From NCBI GenBank assembly GCA_963799955.1, contig CAWCZJ010000009.1, positions 37,325 through 101,324 on the forward strand: a stretch of 64,000 nt of DNA, read 5' to 3'. The notes beneath the pieces were generated by a model, which worked only from the letters and a program-made list of their open reading frames with translations, searched no databases and was not told where the DNA came from. The position numbers and the translations under genes were made by a program. Position 1 is the first letter of the stretch, and each line of letters opens with the position of its first letter. The DNA is from an uncultured Actinomycetes bacterium. Its GTDB lineage: Bacteria; Actinomycetota; Actinomycetes; Acidothermales; Acidothermaceae. Below, piece after piece: positions 50,010-60,472 of this stretch.

Positions 50010-52270
50010 TCAACTCCGCGGCGCGCTGCCCCGCAGTGCCTCTTCGACAGCGCGGCGAACCGCTTCTGCCCGGTCTGGTGCAAGCGGGCGACCGCCCCGG
50101 TCGGTCACGTAGAACGCGTCGACCACCTCAGCACCGAGCGTCTCGACCCGAGCGGATTGCACGTCGAGCCCCTCGGCGGCCAGCACGCGAGTCACCGTGA
50201 AAAGCAGGCCCGGCCGGTCGTGAGCCCGCACCTCCAGGACCGTCGCCTTGTCGGACGCGCCGCCCGGCAACAGCACAGTGGCCGGTGGCAACACGATCGA
50301 CTTTCGGGTCGCCGCGCTGGCTTCGCGGCGGGCCAGCTTCTGGGCCACGTCGAGACCGCCCTCGATGGCCCGGCGCATGTCGTCTTGGATCCGCGCCGGC
50401 TCGACTTCGGAGAAGTAGGTCGGTTCAACATCGAAGACAGTGACCGCTGTCGGACCGACCGATGTCGCGACTGCTGCCCGGACGCCGAGTCTGTGCAAGG
50501 CCAGTACCCCCGCCGACCTCCAGAGCAGGCCCGGCTGATCAGGCGCGATCACCGTGATGCGGCTGTGGTCAGGAGTGCCCTCAGAGATGACCGCGAGCTG
50601 GCCAGCCTCCGCGAGCTTCACGATCGCGGGCGGCAGTTCCGCGACCGGCGGCGGAACCGCCTCGCCGGCGAGCATGGCCGCCGTCCGGCTGACGAGATCG
50701 GCAACAAGGCGAGCGCGCCAGTCGTCCCACATCGGGGTGCCCGTAGCGCGCGCATCGGCTTCGGTCAACGCGTGCAGCAACTCGAGAACGAGTGGCGAGC
50801 CCACTGCTTGCGCGACGGCCGAGACCGTGGCCGGATCGTCGAGGTCGCGTCTAGTCGCAGTTTGCGACAGCAAGCAAGTGATGGCGCACCAGCGTCGTCA
50901 ACACCACACTGTCGCGCTCGTTCATGCCGAGCCTGGCCGCGATCCCCGGCATGAGCGCAGCACCAGCGATCGAATGGTCGCCGTCGCTTCCCTTGCCGAT
51001 GTCGTGGAACAAGGAGCCCAGCAACAACAGGTCGGGTCGCGCAACACGACGTGTTAGGGCGGCGGCTTCGATTGCGGTTTCGACGAGGTGGCGATCGACC
51101 GTGTAGCGATGCAACGGATTGTGCTGCCTGCGGTAGCGGACGCTCTCCCACTCAGGGATCAATCGCGCCATGAGCCCGGCCTGGTCGAGCGCCTCGAACA
51201 CGACCAACGCCGGCCTGCCAGCACCAAGTAACGCGACAAATGCATCGCGCGCCGACGACGGCCAGGGGTTGGGCATCGGCGGGCACTTGTTGGCGAGCAA
51301 GTCGATCGTCGGCGGCGACAGCGGCAACCCAACTTGAGCAGCGGCAGCAGCAGCGCGCACGACAAGAGTCGGGTCGGGAGTCGGATCGACTCCGCGCGCG
51401 AGCACCACCTCGCCGTCCTGCTCGACGACACCTTCTGCGACCGGCTTGCGTTCCGCCTTCGGACGTCGACGCAAGCTGCCTTCGACCGAACGCCACGTCA
51501 CGTCACTCGCGTAAGAAACCGTGCGCGCAGCTTCGCTGATCGCACGCAACAACTCGTCGGCGTCGGCCATGCCAAGACGAGCCGCGATCGCCTCTTGCTC
51601 CTGTGCGACCATGCGAGTCGTCGGTCGGCCCGCGACTTCCTGCAACGTGTCGCGGACGTCGATCAGCCGGCGATATGCGGCCCGCACCGGCGGTCCGGGG
51701 CCGGCGGCAACCCACGCCGCAGCGATTGCTTCGAGTGCGTGCACGTCGCGGAGTCCGCCGCGCGCTTCCTTCAGGTCGGGCTCGAGCAGGAACGCCACTT
51801 CGCCAAGCCGTTCGGCCCGCTCGCGCACCATGTCGTGCAGCTCCGGCAACCGCTTCGATGCGCGCGAGCGCCACTGGCCGAACGCGTGCTCGCGCAAGCG
51901 AGCAGTGAGATCGGGCACCCCGGCGATGTGCCGGGCGTGCAGCATCCCGAGGGCGGCCTTCATGTCGGAGTTCGCGACAGACACCGCGTCGGCGACCGTG
52001 CGTACCGAGTGGTCGAGCTGCCACCCGGCGTCCCAGATCGGATACCAGACCTGGTCGGCGATCTGCACGACATCAGACCTACCGTCGTGCAGCATCATCA
52101 CGTCGAGGTCGCTGCCCGGGCCGAGTTCGCTGCGCCCGTAACCGCCGACCGCGACAAGTGCTACGCCATCGGCGTCACCGAGCAGTTCGCGCAGCCAGGC
52201 ATCGGCCTTGCGCGGTTCGCTCGGCCCTCAACGCACTGAGATCACGGGCCGAGTCAGCCGGCGACTCCAC
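50010..52270 (-). CDS. glnD: [Protein-PII] uridylyltransferase/uridylyl-removing enzyme GlnD; two frame breaks
   Basis: A GTG at 52270 starts VESPADSARDLSALRAERTAQ, followed by a break near 52205. Then ADAWLRELLGDADGVALVAVGGYGRSELGPGSDLDVMMLHDG...HD domain (LFHDIGKG), a break near 50872, and ...two ACT domains (ORF 50010..50873). Confidence 0.85.
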
Positions 52271-52286
52271 GCTCTCGTCGCTCTTT

Positions 52287-52327
52287 GATGCAGAGGCGAC
52301 GCGTTGCGTACGCGTCGCCTCTGCATC
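52287..52327 (-). terminator. Perfect 17-bp stem-loop between glnB and glnD (attenuator or I-shaped terminator candidate)
   Basis: gatgcagaggcgacgcg - ttgcgta - cgcgtcgcctctgcatc. It lies 20 nt after the glnB stop and 17 nt before the proposed glnD GTG. No U-tract follows. Confidence 0.5.
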
Positions 52328-52347
52328 GTCAAGCGATGGCACTGAAC

Positions 52348-53993
<1,646 letters not shown>

Positions 53994-54089
53994 TTCACTC
54001 CACTCATCGGTAGCGCGCCACGGACGACCTCGTTGTCGCTCAGTCGGCAGTAAGTTCGCGGACCGCGATTTCCGGAATGGCACCAGGGT

Positions 54090-54137
54090 GTTTCACAGGC
54101 GATGAAGTTCGCCGCGAGCGCATTACGGGCGTGTAAC
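54090..54137 (-). promoter_or_regulatory. Candidate GlnR-type operator upstream of amtB
   Basis: Read on the minus strand: GTTACacgcccGTAATgcgctcgcggcGAACTtcatcgcctgtGAAAC. It resembles the gTnAc-n6-GaAAc repeats of actinobacterial GlnR boxes, but only loosely. Confidence 0.25.
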
Positions 54138-54181
54138 AGGAGCGGCAGCGGGCCGCGTCGGTCGCGTCGGGCCGTCGTGGG

Positions 54182-55347
54182 CTAGGAGCCCAGCAGTGCG
54201 TCGACGAACGCCTCTGGCTCGAATGGCGCGAGATCGTCCGCGCCTTCACCTAGACCGACAAGCTTGACCGGGACGCCGAGTTCGCGCTGTACAGAGATGA
54301 CGATGCCGCCCTTGGCGGTGCCGTCGAGCTTCGTCAGGACAACGCCGGTGATGTCGACCACCTCGGCAAAAACCCGTGCCTGCACGAGCCCGTTCTGCCC
54401 GGTGGTCGCATCAAGCACCAGCAGCACCTCGTCAACCGGAGTCTGCTTCTCGATGACCCGCTTGACCTTGCCGAGCTCGTCCATCAGGCCGGCCTTGGTG
54501 TGCAGGCGACCGGCCGTGTCGACGAGCACGGTGTCGACGCCGAGATCGATGCCGGTCTTCACTGCATCGAATGCGACCGAGGCAGGGTCGCCGCCCTCGG
54601 GGCCACGAACCGTCTGCGCACCGACTCGGCGTCCCCACGTCTCAAGCTGGTCGGCCGCCGCCGCTCGGAATGTGTCGGCAGCACCGAGCACCACGGTTCG
54701 GCCTTCAGCGACGAGCAATCGCGCAATCTTGCCGCACGTCGTGGTCTTGCCGGTGCCGTTGACGCCGACGACGAGCACGATCGCCGGACCTTCGCCGGGT
54801 GGCCGCTGTGTGGCCAGGTGCGGTCGAGGTCGGGGTCGACGAGTTCGAGGAGACCTTCGCGCAGGAATGCCCTGGCATCGGCTGCCGACCTCGTGCCGAG
54901 CACCTTTGCCTTGGTCTTGAGGGAGTCGACGAGCTCGTTGCTGGCGCTTACGCCGACATCGGCGGTGAGCAGCAAATCCTCGACCTCCTGCCATGTCTCG
55001 TCGTCGAGCGTGTCGCGCGAGAGAAGCGCCAGCAGCCCTCGACCGAGGGTGGATTCCGACCGCGCAAGCCGTGCGCGCAGCCTGACGAGCCGACCGGCCG
55101 CAGGTTCGGGAGTTTCGGTGAGGTCGGGCCCGACGAGTGTTTCGGCGGCGTCGACCGTCGCCTGGGGCGCTGGCGGGATCGGAGCAGTCGGAGCGGCTCG
55201 TCCCTGGGGCCTGACCTGGGTCGGGCGGCTCGTCAGCTCGGTTCTCGGCGGCCGAACCGACCGCCGACGGGTGCTGCGCACGAAGAAAGCGCCGCCCGCC
55301 CCCACGAGGACGACGATCGGGATCAGGATCTCCAGCAGCGTCTGCAC
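54182..55347 (-). CDS. ftsY: Signal recognition particle receptor FtsY; frame break near 54820
   Basis: The N-terminal TM and A-domain (MQTLLEILIPIVVLVGAGGAFF...LLTADVGVSASNELV...LLELVDPDLDR) are in ORF 54559..55347. The NG domain (VVGVNGTGKTTTCGKIA...DTAGRLH...TKLDGTAKGG) is in ORF 54182..55540. Confidence 0.9.
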
Positions 55348-55459
55348 GGCGCCAAGTCTCGCATTGGCTCGCGCTCGCCAAGGCTGCGGCGGTCTCCAGC
55401 CCGACGTTCACCCTGTGGATAACCCCGGCAGGCGTCCGTAGCGGCCGTACCCTCCGCCG

Positions 55460-56115
55460 GTGGGATATCGCCGGGGGACCCTTCTGTTCGTGCTGCTTGG
55501 CGCCGCGTCGTTGGCCGGCTGCTCGGCCGACGTGAGCCATCCGAGCGCCCTCGGAAGCGCGGTTTCGACTCCCCGGGCGGTCCGCGTCAGCGCTCCGGCC
55601 ACGCCATCTCCAAGCCCGGCGACATCCTCCGCTACCTCGGTCTCAAGCCGAATCCCAACAATCAGCGGGACGCCGACCAGTGCCGCTCCCAGCGACGCCT
55701 CGCCGCCGACGTCGGCCGACGTCATCGCGATGCACGTCCGCGCCACATCACAGGCATTCGTTGACGATTTCAACATCGCGCTCCGACGGGCGACACAACG
55801 AAGATCGACGCGTTGACGTCAACCACCTGCGGATGCCGAAAGCTCATCAACAGCATCAACCAGCACACCGCAAAAGGGGAACGCTACGACGGCGCGAAGT
55901 TCACCCTCAAGTCGATCGACGTCAACTTCCTCGCTGCGGGTGCCAGCGGCGAAATCAAGTACACCGTTTCCGCAGGTCGCATTGTCGACGCCACTGGCAA
56001 GCAGGTCACCACAACGCCTCCGACGCCAGACGGCGACAACGACTTGTTCATCATCAACGCCGATGGTCGCTGGATTGTGCAGCAGAGCACTCTGTTGGGT
56101 GCGACCGACCAATGA
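55460..56115 (+). CDS. Lipoprotein, DUF6318-like; frame break near 55785
   Basis: A GTG at 55460 starts VGYRRGTLLFVLLGAASLAGC (lipobox), followed by a Ser/Pro/Thr linker. AFVDDFNIALR/TGDTTKIDALTSTTCGCRKLINSI...DGRWIVQQ joins ORFs 55460.. and 55813... Confidence 0.6.
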
Positions 56116-56972
56116 TGCGGCAAGTCCTGGCGTTCGCTGTCGCGGTCGTCGCATCCACCGCCGCACTTGCAACCACGAATGCGAGTGCAGCGCCCTTGGA
56201 CGTCGCCGGTATCGGCCATCTGACAGTCGTGTCAGAGCCAATCGGCGGCGGGAGCGGCGTTGGCGGTGATGGCGGCACCGGCACCGTCAACGGCAGCGGC
56301 GGCCAAGGTGGCGGTGCCGGAAACGGCGGCACTCAAGGCGGGGGCGCTAACAACTGCATCGGCTGCACCTATCGATGGGTCGCCTTTTGCGATCCTGCAC
56401 TCGCGAACGCAGGCTGTGGCGCGAATGCGTGCCCGGCGGGGTTCTTGCTGGAAACGCTGATGATCACCGACCCGCGACTGCCTGCACCAATCGCCGGTGG
56501 CACGCAGTGTCGATCTCCGAGCGGCGCAACCCCTGCCCAGGTCCGACTAGCGGCGTATGACGAGTTCTCCCAACTTCTGACAACGGCACATCCGAGTCAG
56601 CAACCCGCAGGCAGCGGGGTCGTGAACCTGCCCACCTTGTTCTCGACGAACACACCCGTCGTCCAAGTGTTCAACGAGACGTTGCTCGGCGTGCAGGTCA
56701 CACTCAACGTCAACGCTTCATGGACTTGGGACTTCGGCGATGGCACGACGCTGACCAGCACCGATCCCGGCGGCGTGTATCCGATCGCATCCTTGAGCCA
56801 TGTCTACCTCGTTTCGGGTAGTTACACGGTTGCCCTGACGACGAACTGGACGGGCACGTTCTCGATGGCAGGCGGACCGGCCGCTGTCATCCCGGGCGGT
56901 CCGATTCCGAGAGCCAGCCTGCCGTTCCCGCTACAGATTCACGAGGCACACAGCGTTCTCGTCACGGGCTGA
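56112..56972 (+). CDS. Secreted protein: signal peptide, Gly-rich linker, Cys-rich segment, PKD-like C-terminal domain
   Basis: An ATG at 56112 overlaps the upstream stop (ATGA). Sequence elements: MMRQVLAFAVAVVASTAALATTNASA; GGGSGVGGDGGTGTVNGSGGQGGGAGNGGTQGGG; CIGCTYRWVAFCDPALANAGCGANAC; WDFGDGT...SHVYLVSGSYTV. Confidence 0.65.
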   Translation: MMRQVLAFAVAVVASTAALATTNASAAPLDVAGIGHLTVVSEPIGGGSGVGGDGGTGTVNGSGGQGGGAGNGGTQGGGANNCIGCTYRWVAFCDPALANAGCGANACPAGFLLETLMITDPRLPAPIAGGTQCRSPSGATPAQVRLAAYDEFSQLLTTAHPSQQPAGSGVVNLPTLFSTNTPVVQVFNETLLGVQVTLNVNASWTWDFGDGTTLTSTDPGGVYPIASLSHVYLVSGSYTVALTTNWTGTFSMAGGPAAVIPGGPIPRASLPFPLQIHEAHSVLVTG

Positions 56973-57013
56973 GGACACCGTCTAGCCACCCGCGATCGAT
57001 TTGGCTTGCGCCG

Positions 57014-57691
57014 ATGAACGAGGATCAGGTCATGGAACTCGAGGACCTGCGACTGGCGGTCTACCGCTCCTTTGCCGCGACTGGTCACGCACCGACTCCG
57101 GCCAAGCTCGCCGAGGAGCTGAGTACGAACACTGGTGAGGTCAAGTCGGGGCTCGAGATGCTCGCGCACAACCGCCATGTCGTGCTCAACAATGACGACG
57201 ACATCGTGATGGCGCACCCGTTCTCCGCCGTCCCTCTTGGATTCGCGGTGATGGGGTCAACAACGTTGTGGTGGGGTGGCTGCGCATGGGACTCCTTCGC
57301 GCTGCCTCAGCTCGTGCACGAACTCGAGCCCATGCTGGTCGCTACCAGGTGCCCGGCGTGCAACACCCCACACGCATGGAACGTCGGCGTGGAGCAACCG
57401 CCACAGGGCGACGAAGTCGCGCACTTTCTGGTGCCAGCCGCACACATGTGGGATGACGTCGTGCACACATGCGGGAACCAACGCATCTTCTGCTCAACGA
57501 CCTGCATCGACCAGTGGCTCGATCGGACGGGACAGACCCGCGGCTACGTGATGGATCTCGCGACGTTGTGGAGACTTGCGGAGCACTGGTACGACGGCCG
57601 ACTCGACCACGGCTACGTTCGGCGCGAGCCGGTTGCAGCTGCGGATTACTTTCGAAGTGTCGGACTCACCGGCTCATTTTGGGGGTTGTAG
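57014..57691 (+). CDS. Organomercurial lyase (MerB)-like family protein
   Basis: 225 aa. An N-terminal winged-helix-like part (LRLAVYRSFAATGHAPTPAKLAEEL) is followed by WWGGCAWDSFALP (C-x-x-D as in the MerB active site), RCPACNTPHAW and HTCGNQRIFCSTTC. Confidence 0.7.
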   Translation: MNEDQVMELEDLRLAVYRSFAATGHAPTPAKLAEELSTNTGEVKSGLEMLAHNRHVVLNNDDDIVMAHPFSAVPLGFAVMGSTTLWWGGCAWDSFALPQLVHELEPMLVATRCPACNTPHAWNVGVEQPPQGDEVAHFLVPAAHMWDDVVHTCGNQRIFCSTTCIDQWLDRTGQTRGYVMDLATLWRLAEHWYDGRLDHGYVRREPVAAADYFRSVGLTGSFWGL

Positions 57692-57693
57692 GC

Positions 57694-58305
57694 ATGAGCA
57701 CCGCGTTCCTACTCACGTCACTCATCATCGTCGCCACACCAGGCACCGGCGTGTTGTACACGATCGCCGCCGGCTTAGCCCGCGGCAGACGCGCAAGCGT
57801 CGTCGCCGCCTTCGGCTGCACGCTGGGGATAGTGCCGCACTTGGCGGCTGCCATTACCGGAACCGCCGCATTGCTGCACGCCAGCGGAGTGGCTTTCGAA
57901 ACAGTCAAGATCCTCGGCGTGGCCTACTTGTTCTACATGGCTTGGTCGACATGGAGAGACAAGGGCGTCCTCACGATCAGCACGCAAGACGAACCGAAAT
58001 CAGCGATACGCGTGGTCCGCTCCGCCGTACTCGTCAACCTGCTCAACCCCAAGCTGACGATCTTCTTCTTCGCCTTCCTGCCACAGTTCGTGCCTAGCAA
58101 TAGCGCGCATACGGTGCCCACGATGCTGATGCTCAGTGCAGTGTTTATGGCGATGACCTTCATCGTGTTTGCGGTGTACGGCATCTTCGCCGCGGGTGCG
58201 CGCGAGCACTTGATCGCGCGGCCACACATCGTCAAGCGCATTCGACGAGTCTTTGCGGTCTCGTTCGTAGCCCTCGGTGCAAAGCTCGCAACAGAATCCC
58301 GCTAA
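57694..58305 (+). CDS. LysE/RhtB family amino-acid exporter
   Basis: MSTAFLLTSLIIVATPGTGVLYTIAAGL...LLNPKLTIFFFAFLPQFV... The start lies 2 nt after the MerB-like stop. Confidence 0.85.
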   Translation: MSTAFLLTSLIIVATPGTGVLYTIAAGLARGRRASVVAAFGCTLGIVPHLAAAITGTAALLHASGVAFETVKILGVAYLFYMAWSTWRDKGVLTISTQDEPKSAIRVVRSAVLVNLLNPKLTIFFFAFLPQFVPSNSAHTVPTMLMLSAVFMAMTFIVFAVYGIFAAGAREHLIARPHIVKRIRRVFAVSFVALGAKLATESR

Positions 58306-58406
58306 TGCCTCTGCAGTAAGCAGCCGGGGTTTTGCGACGAGGCCCGCGACCGCATTTGCCACTGGGGTAGCGCGTTTCGACTCCTTTGCACCGCATTCAG
58401 CTGCGT

Positions 58407-59429
58407 CTAGCTGCTGGCATCTCCCTTGAGTGCGAACGACAACGCTTCGCCGGTCGACATCGAAGCGCCGCTGTCGCGTGCGGCGATCACCTGTTCGGTT
58501 GTCAGGCCCAGTTCTATCCTTGCCACAGTTTCGTCGTACTGCTCACGTTCGTCAGGCGGCCACTGACCACCTGCGTGCTCGATCATGCTCGAGGCGATGC
58601 CGATAATCGTTGCCGAGCGCACCAGTTCGTGTTTCGCCGCTGCGACGGCGGCGAGGCCGTTGAGTGACCAGGCCAGGTAAAGCTCGCGGCCGCGCGCGAA
58701 ATCGGAACCGACGGCCTGACGTGAAAGCTCCTCGGCTCGATCGAGATTGCCAAGCTGGCGCTCGACCATGCTCAGATTTGAAGTCTCGGACCACACCTGT
58801 GCTGCGTCTCCGGCGGCGTAGGCCGCTGCAAGTTGCCCAGAAACAACCTCCCGCGCGCCGAGGAGGTCGCCCGACATCTGCAGGGCCGGACCGAGTACGT
58901 GCAGTGCGTTCGAACGGCCTCGGTCGTCGTCGGACAACCCTTCGGTCACGTCAAGAGCCTCACGCAACAGCCTGACCGCTTCGTCAACATCGGTGGTCAG
59001 CGCCACGCGGGCGAGGCCCGCCAACGCAAGTGCCTGTAGTGACACGTTCCCAAGCCCGATAGCGACGTCACGAGACTCGGTGAAGCGCACGGTGGCGAGG
59101 TCATAGTTGCCTGCCCAGAAGACCAGATAGCCGTGCGCATAAAGGGCGCGCGCTCTGGTTTCGTCGGCGTCGCGCGGCAACGCGAGTAGTCGGGTGTACC
59201 ACTCATCCCCATGGTCGAGTCGGTTCGTCGCCATCCAGAACGACACGAGCGAGGAGGCAAGGCGCAACGCGCCGCCGAGGTCACCGCGATCCAGATACCA
59301 ACCCAGCGCCTCCACCATGAGCGGATACCGCTCCTCGACCGGAACTTCGGCGTCCGGCTCATCGCGACGCGACGCCGCCTGACTCGCTTCCGCAATCTGC
59401 ACCAGCGCTTCGGCGGTCGACGCATCCAT
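58407..59429 (-). CDS. TPR-like helical repeat protein, function unknown
   Basis: 340-aa intact ORF with repeated A/L/G-rich helix pairs (ALYAHGYLVFWAGNYDLA, ALALAGLARVAL, LGNLDRAEELSRQAV). Confidence 0.6.
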   Translation of the reverse strand: MDASTAEALVQIAEASQAASRRDEPDAEVPVEERYPLMVEALGWYLDRGDLGGALRLASSLVSFWMATNRLDHGDEWYTRLLALPRDADETRARALYAHGYLVFWAGNYDLATVRFTESRDVAIGLGNVSLQALALAGLARVALTTDVDEAVRLLREALDVTEGLSDDDRGRSNALHVLGPALQMSGDLLGAREVVSGQLAAAYAAGDAAQVWSETSNLSMVERQLGNLDRAEELSRQAVGSDFARGRELYLAWSLNGLAAVAAAKHELVRSATIIGIASSMIEHAGGQWPPDEREQYDETVARIELGLTTEQVIAARDSGASMSTGEALSFALKGDASS

Positions 59430-59496
59430 GCCATCAGCATAGGAGAACGCCGCCAGCTACAGCGATGACGTAACGCGACCCGACGAGTGAAAGATG

Positions 59497-59899
59497 TCAG
59501 GTCGGGAGCAGTGCGACGGCTTCGATGGAGATCAGTAGACCGCGCGGCAACTTGACGTTCGCGGGTGCTGACCGGGCAGGCGGCGGGTCAGGCATGTGCC
59601 GGGCGTACACCTCGTTCAGCTTGGCGAAGTCGTCTACGTCGGCGTAGAAGATGGTGGTCTTCACCAGGTCAGCCATCGAGGCGCCGGCCGCACCGAGAAT
59701 GGCTGCAATGTTGCGAAGCGCTTGTTCTGTTTGCGCTTCGATGCCCTCCGCCGCTTGTCCAGTCTGCGGATCGATGCCGACAGTCCCTGAGCAGAACACA
59801 AACCCGCCCGCGACGATCGCCTGACTGTAGGGACCAATTGCGGCAGGAGCGGCGTCGGTCGCGACCGCCTGCCGAGTCGAAATTATCGTGAGAATCCAT
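59497..59899 (-). CDS. ridA: RidA/YjgF family reactive-intermediate deaminase; probable frame break near 59885
   Basis: APAAIGPYSQAIVAGGFVFCSGTVGIDPQTG...FYADVDDFAKLNEVY...PARSAPANVKLPRGLLISIEAVA. The only ATG (59899, MDSH..) is out of frame by one with the rest. Confidence 0.75.
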
Positions 59900-59981
59900 A
59901 AGCCCGAAGGCTAGAGCACTCCTGCACCAATGCCGAGGCAACCGGCCAGCCGGCACAAATGGGGTCGGCTTCCGATAGTTG

Positions 59982-60016
59982 TTGACTTACAATGGTTGTA
60001 GTCGCACAATGATCGT
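59982..60016 (+). promoter_or_regulatory. Candidate sigma-70-type promoter and MarR operator giving a leaderless marR transcript
   Basis: TTGACT (59982-59987), a 17-nt spacer, then CACAAT (60005-60010), with the ATG at 60017. The spacer contains the palindrome TACAAtggTTGTA (59988-60000). Confidence 0.35.
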
Positions 60017-60472
60017 ATGAAGACAAACGCGGATGACGTTTGGGATGCCCTGGTCTCCCTCGTGATGGACAGCAGGACCGACTGGCGCCGCGAGGCATGC
60101 CGCGTGACCGGACTTCCGTTCAATCAGATCCGCGCCCTGAAGCGCATCGGCGCCGGGCCGCTGACACTTGCTGCGCTTGCCGACTCGATGACCGTCGACG
60201 CTCCCGCCGCGACTGTCGCCGTCAACAGCCTCGAAAAGGCTGGACTCGTCGCGCGGACACCGCATCCGACGAACACGCGAGCCAAGCTCGTCGACCTCAC
60301 ACCGGCTGGACGTCGGACGCTCGACGCCGCGATGTCCGTCGCCGACAAACCACCACGCGCCCTCAATGCGCTGTCAGCCGCCGACCTTCGCACTCTCGCG
60401 GGAGTCGTGGAGCAGCTGACAGAACCGACGCACAACGCACCGGTTCGGAGAAAGTCGGGTCCTCATGCTTGA
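60017..60472 (+). CDS. MarR family transcriptional regulator
   Basis: GLPFNQIRALKRIGAGPLTLAALADSMTVDAPAATVAVNSLEKAGLVARTPHPTNTRAKLVDLTPAGR is the winged HTH. Confidence 0.85.
   Translation: MKTNADDVWDALVSLVMDSRTDWRREACRVTGLPFNQIRALKRIGAGPLTLAALADSMTVDAPAATVAVNSLEKAGLVARTPHPTNTRAKLVDLTPAGRRTLDAAMSVADKPPRALNALSAADLRTLAGVVEQLTEPTHNAPVRRKSGPHA

Noticed and set aside
54182-55540. The N-terminal 220 residues of the 452-aa ORF that contains the FtsY NG domain
   Set aside because: This part is Arg/Pro-rich nonsense. The genuine FtsY N-terminus (TM helix plus acidic A-domain) is in the overlapping ORF 54559..55347, so the long ORF is an artefact of a frame break near 54820.
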